From contig JBAZSG010000003.1 of NCBI GenBank assembly GCA_041662585.1, positions 99,011-155,346 of the forward strand: DNA of 56,336 nt, written 5' to 3'. The notes under the pieces are model-generated. The model was given only the letters and a program-made list of their open reading frames with translations. It was not told the DNA's origin and made no database searches. Source of the DNA: Patescibacteria group bacterium. Lineage in GTDB: Bacteria > Patescibacteriota > Patescibacteriia > UBA1558 > GWA2-36-10. A program made the translations under genes and the position numbers. This document shows positions 34,186 to 44,460 of the stretch, piece by piece. How positions within the stretch are numbered: the stretch's first letter is position 1; each line of letters starts with the position of its first letter.

Positions 34186-36612
34186 TTATTTACTCGCTAA
34201 AATAAATCCAAAATATTGATTTTGATCCAATTCTTTTGTATAAGTTAATAAATTATTGGTTATGTTTATACTCTCTTTGTCGCTGGCATTATTAAAAACC
34301 AATTTTACATTATCAGGAAAAATTACTGAAGAATTAAATAAATTATTTTTAATACCAGATTGAGATTGAACAACTAAAGAATAATTATCTAAATTGACAT
34401 CTTTTCTAAATAATTTTTCTTGCCAAGTATTTATCAGTGGATCACCAAAGTCAAGTTTGAAAGGTAATTTGTATTTTATAAGAGCTGTTTTGGTCTCACC
34501 AGCAGCCAAGGTCATCCAATTGGCAAAAACTGTCTTACCTAAAGAAGTGTATATCTCAGTTGCTGAATTATTATCAATCATTTTGATCTCTTCTGTAGCT
34601 AAATCTTTATCAGTTTCTGCATCATCATTACCAGCAAAATAATTATCTGGAATTTTGTCAAAACCAACTGCTTCTATAAATTTACTACCAAGTGGAGTAT
34701 ATATTCTCAAATAACTGGCATTGCCACCATAAATACCAGAAAATATATAATCTTTCTCTCCTCTATTTGAACGAGTAATTTTAATAGTATTTATTATTTC
34801 ACCATTTTCTGAAATATAGGCCTGATGGTCAATATCTTGATAAATATTATTATCTGTTTTACCACCAGCAATATTGGTAGCTATAACAGCCAAATAATCT
34901 CGATTATAATCCAACATTTGCCCAGCCCAATCAAAATCTACCAAAAATTTTTGTGTACTTTCATCTTGACTATAAATTTGAATATCCTTACGAGCCAAAG
35001 TTTTGGCCAAAACCTCAACTATATCAGCTTGTTTGTCAGTATTGGACAATAATTTTTCCAAAACTATAGGCACCAAATCAGCTATCACAGCTTTTGGTTG
35101 GTTTAATTCTTTATCATAATTTAATTCTACCTCTTCCTGTAAAACATCAAAAATATTTTCTTGAGTGATAGTAATGTTATACTCCTCCAATGTAACTGGG
35201 CCTAAAACTGCTAATAAATCAGCTAAAACATTGGCATTGATAGCAATCACACCATCAAGTGATGTAGCTCCAGCCTGTTGATAAAACCAAATTATTTTTT
35301 TGGCTGAAGTAGGAAAATCATACCACCAATTGGCATCCCAAATATTAAACTCAGAATTTATCAGAGAAAGTGCTTGAGGTGCTTTGAGTTTTATTTTTTG
35401 TCCAGCTTCCAAATCATATAAGCCACCTGTTGGTATCTCAAGATTTACAATCTTACCATGATAAACATCAAATAAAGCAAAGCTACCAATAAAACCACCA
35501 GTTGCTCTTATTTCGTTGTTATTTTGAAAAAGTACCACATACCTTTTTTCACTATCTTGTCCCAATAAATTAGCTGCCAACGAAAATATACTATTGAGCT
35601 CTTTCAAATCTTCAATGGTAGATGGTAAATATAATTTTAGACTATCAAAATAATCTCTAAAATTACTGGGCAATAAATTACTAGATATTCCTTCCAAATC
35701 TCTATTGGCCGCTTCTAAATATGGTAATGTTTTATTTATTTGTTGATTTATCAAAACAATGTACTCTGTTGGATCTCCTTCCTTTTGCAAAGTTTGATTG
35801 AGTACGGTGGCTGCTTCTGAAATGTTTGTAGCTACAGATATCATATTTTTACTCAAAGATATTGGCTTGCCTACTACAGGCATAAAACTAGCAGCTGAAA
35901 GCATCCATTTTTGATATTCGTCAAGTACATTTTGTGCTTGAGAAAAACTATTCAAAGCATTTTCAAAATTACTCTGAGCTTCTTGATATGAATTTTCAGA
36001 AGCTGATATAACTCCTGATTGTAAATTTAGTAAGCCTTCTTGTCCAAAATCCAAGATTTTTACTTTGTCATCATTGATTTTATCAAAAACAACCATAGCT
36101 CTAATAGGTAATAAAATAATAGTAATTACCAAAGCAAAAACCAAAGACTTGGTCAAAGCTTTGGTAATGTTTAATTTGGTTTTTATTTTATAAACATTAT
36201 TTATTTCTGCCTCTACTGAGACTAGTGGTTTTATTTTTTTTACTCTAGTTGTCAGGCCAGCTAAAGATATTTTATATTTGCTAAAATCAATTTTTTTATT
36301 TTCTGTTTTTTTGGCTTCATTGATTTGTCTTAAATCCAAAATATGAGCTGATCTTTGTGTGATTACCTTAGATGATTGACTACTGGCTACTTTTTCTATA
36401 TTATTTTTTACTTCTTTTTTAACCGTAGTTAAAATTTGAGAATAAGACAAATCTTGCTTAATCAATTTATCAAGCTCGGCTAAAGCCCGTTTTTTTTCTT
36501 CTTGGAAAGAATCAACAACAATATTATTATCAAATAAAAACTGATCTAAATCTTCAATTAGATCTTTTTTCAAATCAGCTATACTATTTTTTTTAGACAA
36601 TATATCTTCCAT
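34186..36612 (-). CDS. DUF4012 domain membrane-anchored protein
   Basis: A TM helix near aa 160 and the signature RYVVLFQNNNEIRATGGFIGSFA. Position 36624 is TTG, so I trimmed it to ATG 36612. Confidence 0.7.
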   Translation of the reverse strand: MEDILSKKNSIADLKKDLIEDLDQFLFDNNIVVDSFQEEKKRALAELDKLIKQDLSYSQILTTVKKEVKNNIEKVASSQSSKVITQRSAHILDLRQINEAKKTENKKIDFSKYKISLAGLTTRVKKIKPLVSVEAEINNVYKIKTKLNITKALTKSLVFALVITIILLPIRAMVVFDKINDDKVKILDFGQEGLLNLQSGVISASENSYQEAQSNFENALNSFSQAQNVLDEYQKWMLSAASFMPVVGKPISLSKNMISVATNISEAATVLNQTLQKEGDPTEYIVLINQQINKTLPYLEAANRDLEGISSNLLPSNFRDYFDSLKLYLPSTIEDLKELNSIFSLAANLLGQDSEKRYVVLFQNNNEIRATGGFIGSFALFDVYHGKIVNLEIPTGGLYDLEAGQKIKLKAPQALSLINSEFNIWDANWWYDFPTSAKKIIWFYQQAGATSLDGVIAINANVLADLLAVLGPVTLEEYNITITQENIFDVLQEEVELNYDKELNQPKAVIADLVPIVLEKLLSNTDKQADIVEVLAKTLARKDIQIYSQDESTQKFLVDFDWAGQMLDYNRDYLAVIATNIAGGKTDNNIYQDIDHQAYISENGEIINTIKITRSNRGEKDYIFSGIYGGNASYLRIYTPLGSKFIEAVGFDKIPDNYFAGNDDAETDKDLATEEIKMIDNNSATEIYTSLGKTVFANWMTLAAGETKTALIKYKLPFKLDFGDPLINTWQEKLFRKDVNLDNYSLVVQSQSGIKNNLFNSSVIFPDNVKLVFNNASDKESINITNNLLTYTKELDQNQYFGFILASK

Positions 36613-36630
36613 ATTTGATATCAAGCTATA

Positions 36631-37722
36631 TTATACCAGAATTTTATAAATTTCCAAAATGGCTTTTGTCATTTGATGCCACGAATATTTTTCAATTTGT
36701 TTGTAGCCTGCTCTAATCAATGTATTTCTAAGATCAGTATTATTTACAATCTCAAACATTTTATTTTTAAGGTCATCCTTATCTTGTGGGTCAAAATAAA
36801 GTACTGAGTGTCCCAAAATTTCTGGCAAACTAGTAGTATTGCTTGATAAAACCGGTAAACCATAACTCATTGCTTCAAGTGGTGGTAAGCCAAAACCCTC
36901 ATATAAAGATGGAAAAATATAGGCTTTGGCATTTTTATAATAATTTGGCAATTTATCGTCGGCTATATAACCAGCAAATATAACATTTGAATATTTTATA
37001 TTTTTGGCCAATCTTTGATAAAAATAATTTTTTTGACCAACTAAAATCAAATAATATTCTGGGTGCTTTTGCCAAAATTCATTAAAAGTATGCATTAAAA
37101 ATTCAAGATTTTTATGTGGATAAGCATTGCCAACATAAAGAAAATAATTTTGAGGCAACTGAAAAGGTGTCTTTTGACTACTATTATATTTACTTACTCC
37201 TTCATAAATTACATTTATTTTTTTGGCTTCATCATCAGTCAATTCAAAATATTCTTTTATATCTTTGGCTGTAAATTTTGAAACAGCAATTATTTTTTTT
37301 GAATTTTTTATAGCATTTCTAATCACCTGTTGATAAAACCAATATTTTATTTTAAACAAAATAGGGCTTAAAGTACTAGACTTTTGAGTAGGAAACTTAG
37401 TCATAATCAAATCGTGAATAGTAACTACAAAATTTCCATAATAAAAAATAGGAACATTGAAATGTGTAAAATGCACCAAATCTGGTTTTAATTTATACAA
37501 AAGCCAAGGTAAAACTAGTTGCTCCTTAAGACCATACCAATGACAGTCACATATTTTAATTTCAAAATTAGCTGGCAAACTTATATTTGGATCTTCTGTA
37601 AAAATCAAAATATAATGATTTTCTTGATCTAATTTTTTGAGATTATTTAAAAATTCTTGATTATAACGACCAAGTCCACCAGGTTTAGTACCAAATATCC
37701 TAAAATCAATTACTATTTTCAT
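36631..37722 (-). CDS. glycosyltransferase family 4 (GT-B)
   Basis: The C-terminal half has FPSLYEGFGLPPLEAMSYGLPV (EX7E motif). Confidence 0.85.
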   Translation of the reverse strand: MKIVIDFRIFGTKPGGLGRYNQEFLNNLKKLDQENHYILIFTEDPNISLPANFEIKICDCHWYGLKEQLVLPWLLYKLKPDLVHFTHFNVPIFYYGNFVVTIHDLIMTKFPTQKSSTLSPILFKIKYWFYQQVIRNAIKNSKKIIAVSKFTAKDIKEYFELTDDEAKKINVIYEGVSKYNSSQKTPFQLPQNYFLYVGNAYPHKNLEFLMHTFNEFWQKHPEYYLILVGQKNYFYQRLAKNIKYSNVIFAGYIADDKLPNYYKNAKAYIFPSLYEGFGLPPLEAMSYGLPVLSSNTTSLPEILGHSVLYFDPQDKDDLKNKMFEIVNNTDLRNTLIRAGYKQIEKYSWHQMTKAILEIYKILV

Positions 37723-38840
37723 TTTTTATAAGTATTAAATAAATCTAATAATTTTTGTGCCTGCTCTGACCACTTTGGCATCTTAAAATTTTTAGCTGAA
37801 TTATTTAATTGTTTTATCAATTTTTCATCTTCTGTCAAAAACTTTAAAGTTTGATATATATCCGAAACATTGTATGGATCAACATAAAGAGCTTGATGTT
37901 TGTTTACTTCGGGTAAAGAAGTTTTGTAAGAAACTATAACTGGTGTATTGTGAGCAATAGCTTCAAGTGGTGGAAAACCATAACCCTCATAAAAAGATGG
38001 CCAAATAAGACCTTGACTTTTAAAATATAAAGCATCCTTTACTGGACTAGTAACATAATCTAAATAGTGTATAAATGTTTTTTTTCTAATCTTTCTAAGC
38101 AGTTTATTATAAATCCAACCTTTAGCACCAACAATAAGCAAATGTGTATCAGGATATTCTATATTATACCTATCAAAAGCCTTGATAATACTATCTATAT
38201 TTTTACGTGGTTCAATTGTGCCAACATATATAAAAAATTTCGCTGGTAAATTAAATTTTGATAATAATAATTCAGCTTGAACATTATCCATTGGAGTGTG
38301 TTCTATGCCAGGGTTTATTATACTTATTTTATTTTCTTCTATGGGGAAAAATCTCATCAAATCTCTTTTTGTATTTTCAGATATAGCAATAATTTTACTA
38401 GCTGAATCAAGCAATCTTTCTACATTGATAAACTTGTGCCAATACCTTCTTTTAAGAGAATAAAATTCTCGGCTATGTAAAAAAGACAAATCATGAACAG
38501 TCAAAATCATTGGACAATTTTTTGTAGTTCTACAAAAATTTACATTTGGCATCCAAAAAAGGTCTATATTTTTAAAAAAAGCTTTACAAGCATTAGGATA
38601 AATACCAGTCAAAATATTCAAGTTTAATAATTTATTGGAAACTTTAATATGAATGTGTTTGACATTATTTTGTTTAAAATCAAAATCTGAATAAATTTGA
38701 CTATTCAAACCAGAACTAAATAAATAATATTGATTTTCTTTATCTAATTTTAAAATATTATCTATAGCATGAAAAATATACTTACCAATACCGGTAAATT
38801 TTTTGTTTCCTAAAGCTCTAATGTCTATGCCTATATTCAT
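37719..38840 (-). CDS. glycosyltransferase family 4 (GT-B)
   Basis: WPSFYEGYGFPPLEAIAHNTPV. There is a 4-nt overlap with the neighbouring genes. Confidence 0.85.
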   Translation of the reverse strand: MNIGIDIRALGNKKFTGIGKYIFHAIDNILKLDKENQYYLFSSGLNSQIYSDFDFKQNNVKHIHIKVSNKLLNLNILTGIYPNACKAFFKNIDLFWMPNVNFCRTTKNCPMILTVHDLSFLHSREFYSLKRRYWHKFINVERLLDSASKIIAISENTKRDLMRFFPIEENKISIINPGIEHTPMDNVQAELLLSKFNLPAKFFIYVGTIEPRKNIDSIIKAFDRYNIEYPDTHLLIVGAKGWIYNKLLRKIRKKTFIHYLDYVTSPVKDALYFKSQGLIWPSFYEGYGFPPLEAIAHNTPVIVSYKTSLPEVNKHQALYVDPYNVSDIYQTLKFLTEDEKLIKQLNNSAKNFKMPKWSEQAQKLLDLFNTYKK

Positions 38841-39919
38841 AGGGAATTTATAAAACTTAAAATTTTCTGCTTAAACTTTTCTTCATCAAAATTTTTGGCA
38901 TGTTCTCTGATAATGTTTGGATCAAATTTGTCTACATCAAATCGCAATATTTTATGAGCCAAAGATTCCCAAGTTTGTTCTTCAAAAAATACACCTGTTT
39001 TATCTTCTACTACTGTTTCCAAAGCTCCTCCTCCTCTAAAAGCTATAATAGGTCGTCCAGAAGCCATAGCTTCTAGAGCTGATATACCAAAATCTTCAAT
39101 TTGTGGATAAATAAAAGCCTTACAACGAGATAAATAATAATTTCTTTTTTTATCAGATAACTCTCCTAAAAATTCTATATTGGAATGAGCCATTTTTTTT
39201 AGTTTTTTTAATTCAGAGCCAGCCCCAATAATTTTTAATGGTAATTTTAAATTATTAAAAGCTTTAACAGCTAAATCTACTTTTTTATATGGTCTCAAAC
39301 GAGAAACTATCAAATAATAATCTCCGATATCATCAGACAACTCAAAATCATTTACTTTGACCGGTGGATAAATAACTTCTGAATTTTTTTTGTAATGTTT
39401 TTTTATTTTATCAGCTATAAAGTGTGAATTAGCTATAAAATAATCAACCTCTTGAGCTTTTGAAAAATCCCAATTTTGTAATCTATTTAGCACTTTTGGC
39501 AAAAAATTCTTCAATAGTTTACCTTCTGGAAGATTGCCAATATATTCTTCTTTATCATCCCACAGATACCGTGTTGGAGCATGACAATAACAAATATGTT
39601 TGCTGTTGTTACCAGTTTTGACACCCTTGACTAGACCAGAAGAGGAAGAAATAATCAAATCATAATCACTAAGATCTGTATTTTCCCAAATTCTAGGCAT
39701 CAAAATTAAAAAATATTTAAAAAGTTTGTTTATACCAGGAATTTTTTGTAAATTAGAAGTAACAATATTTTCTTGTTTTAATATCCTCTTACTTATTATG
39801 GGATCATTGATCAAAGTAAAAATAGGTGCATTGGGATCCAAGCTAGCCAAGGCTGCCAATATTTTTTCTGCACCACCTATCTGAAATAAATGATCATGAG
39901 CAAAAGCAGTTTTTTTCAT
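38837..39919 (-). CDS. glycosyltransferase family 4 (GT-B)
   Basis: YPQIEDFGISALEAMASGRPII. Confidence 0.85.
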   Translation of the reverse strand: MKKTAFAHDHLFQIGGAEKILAALASLDPNAPIFTLINDPIISKRILKQENIVTSNLQKIPGINKLFKYFLILMPRIWENTDLSDYDLIISSSSGLVKGVKTGNNSKHICYCHAPTRYLWDDKEEYIGNLPEGKLLKNFLPKVLNRLQNWDFSKAQEVDYFIANSHFIADKIKKHYKKNSEVIYPPVKVNDFELSDDIGDYYLIVSRLRPYKKVDLAVKAFNNLKLPLKIIGAGSELKKLKKMAHSNIEFLGELSDKKRNYYLSRCKAFIYPQIEDFGISALEAMASGRPIIAFRGGGALETVVEDKTGVFFEEQTWESLAHKILRFDVDKFDPNIIREHAKNFDEEKFKQKILSFINSL

Positions 39920-39920
39920 A

Positions 39921-41309
39921 TTATTCTTGATCCCCTTTTATAACTGCTACAGGAGTTTTTAATAAAATAATCAAATCAAGAAAAATTGACCAATTTTCAA
40001 TATAAAAAATATCCAACTTAGCCTCTTCGGCAAAAGCCAAATTAGCTCTACCAGAAACTTGTGCCATACCAGTGATACCTGGTTTAATAAATAATAATTT
40101 TTTATACCCCCGTTGATATTTATTTACTTCTTCTGGCTCATGTGGCCTTGGACCAACCAAGCTCATATTACCCTTTAAAACATTAAATAGCTGTGGTAAC
40201 TCATCAAGACTAGCTCTCCTAAGAAATTTACCTACTTTGGTTATTCGTGGATCATCTTTCATTTTAAAAAGTGGCCCGTCTGATCTTTGATTGTATGGCA
40301 TTATATCTGCTTTCATCTTATGAGCATCTTTGACCATAGAACGAAACTTATACATTATAAATTTTTTGCCTTTATTACCAACTCTAGTTAATTTTACAAA
40401 CACTGGTCCATTAGAATTTATCTTTATTACTATTGCTATAACAACAAAAACTGGAGATAATATTATTAGAAATAATAAAGATAATATTAAATCAAATATT
40501 CTTTTATATACTCTACGCCAACCATCAAGTGGTGTACCTTGAATCTCAACCAAAGGAACTCCAGCCACTGAGCTCATATTGAGATGCAAACTTTGTGTTT
40601 GAAATAAACTAGCAGCATACTTTAAGTCAATATGATTTTCTTGACAATAACTTAGGAGATTCAAAGCTCTGTCTTTATCAATAGAAGAGTCTGTTTGGAT
40701 AATATTGTCAATTTCTCTTTGTTTAATACTATATACTATGTCCGAAGAATTTTCTAAACTTTCTAAATCATCAAACTCATCTACAACCTGAAAACCCAAT
40801 TGTAAATTTTCTTTATAAGTATTTGCTATTACTTTTCTAGTTTCTGGCTTGCCTAGTATTATTACTTTGGAAAGTCCATAACCTTTTTTTAAAAAATAGT
40901 TTCTAATACTAAAAACTATTACTCGAACTAAAAATAAATATAATATAGTAATGGCCCAAGAGAATACTATAATAAAACGAGAAGGAAAATTTTCTCTTTG
41001 CCAAAAAATAGCTAACACAATAATAATCCCAACTGTAGAAACGCCAGTTATAATTTTGGGTAACTCTTTGGCTAATTTTTTATCCTCCATAGCATAAAAA
41101 CTATTAAGCGCAAAAATTATAATAGCTAAAAAAGCTACCTTTAAGACCAAAGGTAAAAAATCGTCAAAAGAAAGCTCAAATATAATGGGTCTTATTTCAC
41201 TGACAAAATCAGAAAATCTTAAAAAATAAGCTGACAAAGCAGCCACAATAACTATTGCAAAATCAATAGGCACTAAAGCAATATTTACAACAAAATTGGC
41301 TTTTTTCAT
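39921..41309 (-). CDS. polyprenyl-phosphate sugar phosphotransferase (WbaP-like priming transferase)
   Basis: N-terminal TM block, then KRIFDLILSLLFLIILSPVF...GPVFVKLTRVG...YKFRSM...DELPQLFNVLKGNMSLVGPRP. Confidence 0.88.
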   Translation of the reverse strand: MKKANFVVNIALVPIDFAIVIVAALSAYFLRFSDFVSEIRPIIFELSFDDFLPLVLKVAFLAIIIFALNSFYAMEDKKLAKELPKIITGVSTVGIIIVLAIFWQRENFPSRFIIVFSWAITILYLFLVRVIVFSIRNYFLKKGYGLSKVIILGKPETRKVIANTYKENLQLGFQVVDEFDDLESLENSSDIVYSIKQREIDNIIQTDSSIDKDRALNLLSYCQENHIDLKYAASLFQTQSLHLNMSSVAGVPLVEIQGTPLDGWRRVYKRIFDLILSLLFLIILSPVFVVIAIVIKINSNGPVFVKLTRVGNKGKKFIMYKFRSMVKDAHKMKADIMPYNQRSDGPLFKMKDDPRITKVGKFLRRASLDELPQLFNVLKGNMSLVGPRPHEPEEVNKYQRGYKKLLFIKPGITGMAQVSGRANLAFAEEAKLDIFYIENWSIFLDLIILLKTPVAVIKGDQE

Positions 41310-41368
41310 AATATAAATATAATATCATTTACCCTATATTTAGTAAATGTTTATTAATTATTCCAATC

Positions 41369-41397
41369 TTGACAAAATAGCTAAAATATTGTATATT
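41369..41397 (+). promoter_or_regulatory. promoter TTGACA-17 nt-TATATT for rnpB
   Basis: TTGACAAAATAGCTAAAATATTGTATATT ends about 9 nt before the P1 helix of RNase P RNA. Confidence 0.55.
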
Positions 41398-41405
41398 GTG
41401 CTTAC

Positions 41406-41796
41406 AAGGTCTAAATAGACTGAGATGATTGCTAGTTATAGTAATATAATTAGAGGAAAGTCCGAACACCAAAAAAAAGATAGTTGGTAACGCCAACCAT
41501 TTCTAATGCAAATTAGGAATAGGACAAGTGCAACAGAGAATATTACTCTACCCGAAGCTTTGTGCTAAAGGTAGTAAGGGTGAAAATGTCGAATAATTAG
41601 TCGACACGTTTATATGGTGACATATAAAAAGAGGTAAACTTCTATCTGGTGTAAAGCCAAATAGGTCCTGAGCATTGTCGAAGGACGGGTAGGCTGCTTG
41701 AGGTTACAAGCAATTGTAATCCTAGATAGATGATCATCATTTCGGTATTTATTTGCTGGAATACAGAATTCGGCTTATGAGGTCTATTTAGGCCTT
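41406..41796 (+). ncRNA. rnpB: RNase P RNA, bacterial type A
   Basis: The P4 strands are GAGGAAAGUCCGAAC and ACAGAAUUCGGCUUA. GGUAACGCC, GUGCAACAGAGA, AAGGGUGAAA and GGUAAAC are also present. The P1 pairing is 41408-41420 with 41782-41794. Confidence 0.9.
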
Positions 41797-41832
41797 TTTG
41801 TATTGATCAAATTACTATTACGAAAATCCTAT

Positions 41833-42927
41833 TTAATTTAAAATATAATCCAAAGTTTCCCTAGCTGTTTTAGACCAAGAAAAATTTTTGGCTCTCTTGA
41901 GTCCTTTATTAATCAACTCATTCCTCTTCTCTTCATCATTAAATATTATTTCTAACTTATCTTTTATATCCTCTATATTATTTGGATTAAAATATAATAC
42001 ATTGTCTTGAGCTACTTCTTGAAGTGCAGAAATAGCTGAGCAAGTCACCGGCACTCCACTAGCCATAGCTTCTAAAACTGGCAAACCAAAGCCTTCAAAT
42101 TTTGATGGAAACACAAAAGCAGAAGCTGCAGCTAATAGTTTTGGATAATTTATTTGACTTATATAACCCAATAATAATATATCATCTTTCAAATCTTCAG
42201 AATTAGCTAGGGTTTCTATTTCACTATAACCATAATTTCCTGGACGACCAGCCAAAACCAGTGGCCATTTACGGCTACTTTTTTGATAGGCTTTTATTAA
42301 GCTTAAAATATTTTTTTTATTTTCCAAACGACCGATATACAACAAATATTTATCTGGATAATCATATTGATTAATAAATTCTTTTTTATCTTCTCCTGAC
42401 ATAGCCTTAAACGAATCTTGATTATAACCCAAATAAATAACTTTTATTTTATTTTGAGCAGACGGAAAATATTTTATGATATCTTGTTTAGTAGTTTCAG
42501 ATATAGTGATTATTTTATCGGCTCTTTTAATGGCAAAAGAATGAGACAATTTTTGATAAATTCTTTCCAGTGGATGATAAAGCTCCGGGTTTTTATAAAA
42601 ACCCAAATCATGAATAGTAACTATCATCTCCCCTCTACCAAAAAAAGGTAAAGCATTGGTAGCAAAAAATTTATCTACTGGTCTAATAATAAGCTCCCAG
42701 CCCAAACGAAGATGCGTCCAAAATTTTTTGAAAGGCCAAGGCAAAGATTTGAAATAAAAATTATCCGGTGCATCTTTAAGATCACCGGCTATATATTTAT
42801 TATAATAGACATTAAATTTATTGTTTCTATCTATTTTTTTAAATTCTTGAAGCAAGTGCCAAGCATACCATTCTGTGCCGGTTTTATAGCTTTTATTGGC
42901 CCTAGTAGCTTCTAAACCTATATACAT
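41833..42927 (-). CDS. glycosyltransferase family 4 (GT-B)
   Basis: FPSKFEGFGLPVLEAMASGVPV. Confidence 0.85.
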   Translation of the reverse strand: MYIGLEATRANKSYKTGTEWYAWHLLQEFKKIDRNNKFNVYYNKYIAGDLKDAPDNFYFKSLPWPFKKFWTHLRLGWELIIRPVDKFFATNALPFFGRGEMIVTIHDLGFYKNPELYHPLERIYQKLSHSFAIKRADKIITISETTKQDIIKYFPSAQNKIKVIYLGYNQDSFKAMSGEDKKEFINQYDYPDKYLLYIGRLENKKNILSLIKAYQKSSRKWPLVLAGRPGNYGYSEIETLANSEDLKDDILLLGYISQINYPKLLAAASAFVFPSKFEGFGLPVLEAMASGVPVTCSAISALQEVAQDNVLYFNPNNIEDIKDKLEIIFNDEEKRNELINKGLKRAKNFSWSKTARETLDYILN

Positions 42928-42932
42928 ACTGA

Positions 42933-43946
42933 TTATTTAGCAGATAATATACTTCGTTTATATGATTCTAAATTTTCTAGTGCAATACCGGTGCCTCGCG
43001 CTACACAAAGAAGAGCCTCATCAGCCACATAAGCTGGCACTCCCGTAGCTTGCGCCAGCAATCTGTCTATATTTCTAAGAAGTGATGTACCACCTGACAA
43101 AACCATACCTTTGTCCATAATATCAGCCGATAGCTCTGGTGGTGTTTGATAAAGCACTGATTTAACAGCTGTTATAAGTCCTTGTAATTCATTTTGCAAA
43201 GCTTCTGTCACATCATCGGAACTTACTTTAATAGTCCTAGGCAATCCCAATACCATATCACGCCCTTTGATGTCCATTGTCAATTTTTCTTCTTTTGGTA
43301 AAAACTGCGCACTACCAATTTTTATTTTTATTTCTTCAGCACTACGCTCTCCAATAGCTAGATTATATTTTTTCTTAATATACTCAGCAATAGCTATATC
43401 ATACTTGTTACCACCAATTCTTACCGATGTGTTGGCTACTATGCCACCAAGTGATATAACAGCAATTTCGCTTGTACCACCACCCATATCAACTATCATG
43501 TGTCCTGAAGCAGACCCAATAGGAATATCAGCTCCAATAGCTGCAGCTATTGGTTCTTTGATAATATAAGCCGCTTTGGCACCAGCATTTAGAGTGGCAT
43601 CTATAACTGCTCTCCTCTCTGTAGAAGTAATACCCGCTGGTACAGCGATCATAACCTCTGGACGAAATATTTTCATTCCTCCTACTGCTTTATTTATAAA
43701 ATATTTGAGCATGATTTCTGTAGTACGATAATCAGCTATTACACCATCTTTGAGTGGACGAGCTGCAATAATAGAATCAGGGGTACGACCAATCATTTCT
43801 TTGGCTTCATCTCCTACAGCCAATACTTTTTTATCCAAAACAGAAACAGCCACTACTGATGGCTCATTTATAACAATACCTCTCTTTGGAATGTAGACCA
43901 GAGTATAGGTAGTCCCCAAGTCTATACCGATTTTCTTTATAAACAT
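42933..43946 (-). CDS. mreB: MreB-family actin-like protein, second paralog
   Basis: IGIDLGTTYTLVY, DMGGGTSEIAVISLGG and VLSGGTSLLRNIDRL. Confidence 0.88.
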   Translation of the reverse strand: MFIKKIGIDLGTTYTLVYIPKRGIVINEPSVVAVSVLDKKVLAVGDEAKEMIGRTPDSIIAARPLKDGVIADYRTTEIMLKYFINKAVGGMKIFRPEVMIAVPAGITSTERRAVIDATLNAGAKAAYIIKEPIAAAIGADIPIGSASGHMIVDMGGGTSEIAVISLGGIVANTSVRIGGNKYDIAIAEYIKKKYNLAIGERSAEEIKIKIGSAQFLPKEEKLTMDIKGRDMVLGLPRTIKVSSDDVTEALQNELQGLITAVKSVLYQTPPELSADIMDKGMVLSGGTSLLRNIDRLLAQATGVPAYVADEALLCVARGTGIALENLESYKRSILSAK

Positions 43947-43953
43947 TATTTGA

Positions 43954-44412
43954 TTATTGAATTTCTAAAATTTTACATTTTATTTTACCATTTGGTAAAT
44001 CTATTTCTATTTCATCATTTACTGCTTTGCCCATCAAAGCTACTCCAAAAGGTGATTCTAATGAAATCTTACCTTGTACTGGATCTGCTTCTGTTGAGCC
44101 AACAATAGTAAAATTCATATTTTGGCCATCTCTATTAATCTTCACCTGTGATCCGACTTGGACAATACCATTATTTTTTACAGTTTCAACTACAGCTGAT
44201 GTTTTTATCAAATGTTCCAATTCTAAAATACGGCCTTCAATAAAAGACTGGTCTTCTTTGGCTTCTTGATATTCAGCGTTTTCTGATAAATCACCCAATT
44301 CTTTGGCTGATTTTATTCTATCAGATATTTGAGGTCTTTTTTCAGTCTTTAAATACTCCAATTCTTCTTTGAGTTTGGCAAGACCTTCTTTGGTTAATAC
44401 CTTGTTATCCAT
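43954..44412 (-). CDS. greA: transcription elongation factor GreA (canonical length)
   Basis: LGDLSENAEYQEAKEDQ tip and GSTEADPVQGKISLESPFGVALMGK in the C-domain. Confidence 0.9.
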   Translation of the reverse strand: MDNKVLTKEGLAKLKEELEYLKTEKRPQISDRIKSAKELGDLSENAEYQEAKEDQSFIEGRILELEHLIKTSAVVETVKNNGIVQVGSQVKINRDGQNMNFTIVGSTEADPVQGKISLESPFGVALMGKAVNDEIEIDLPNGKIKCKILEIQ

Positions 44413-44460
44413 AATAAATTCTTTTATTTTATACTTATTTCCAAATTAAATCTTATCAGA

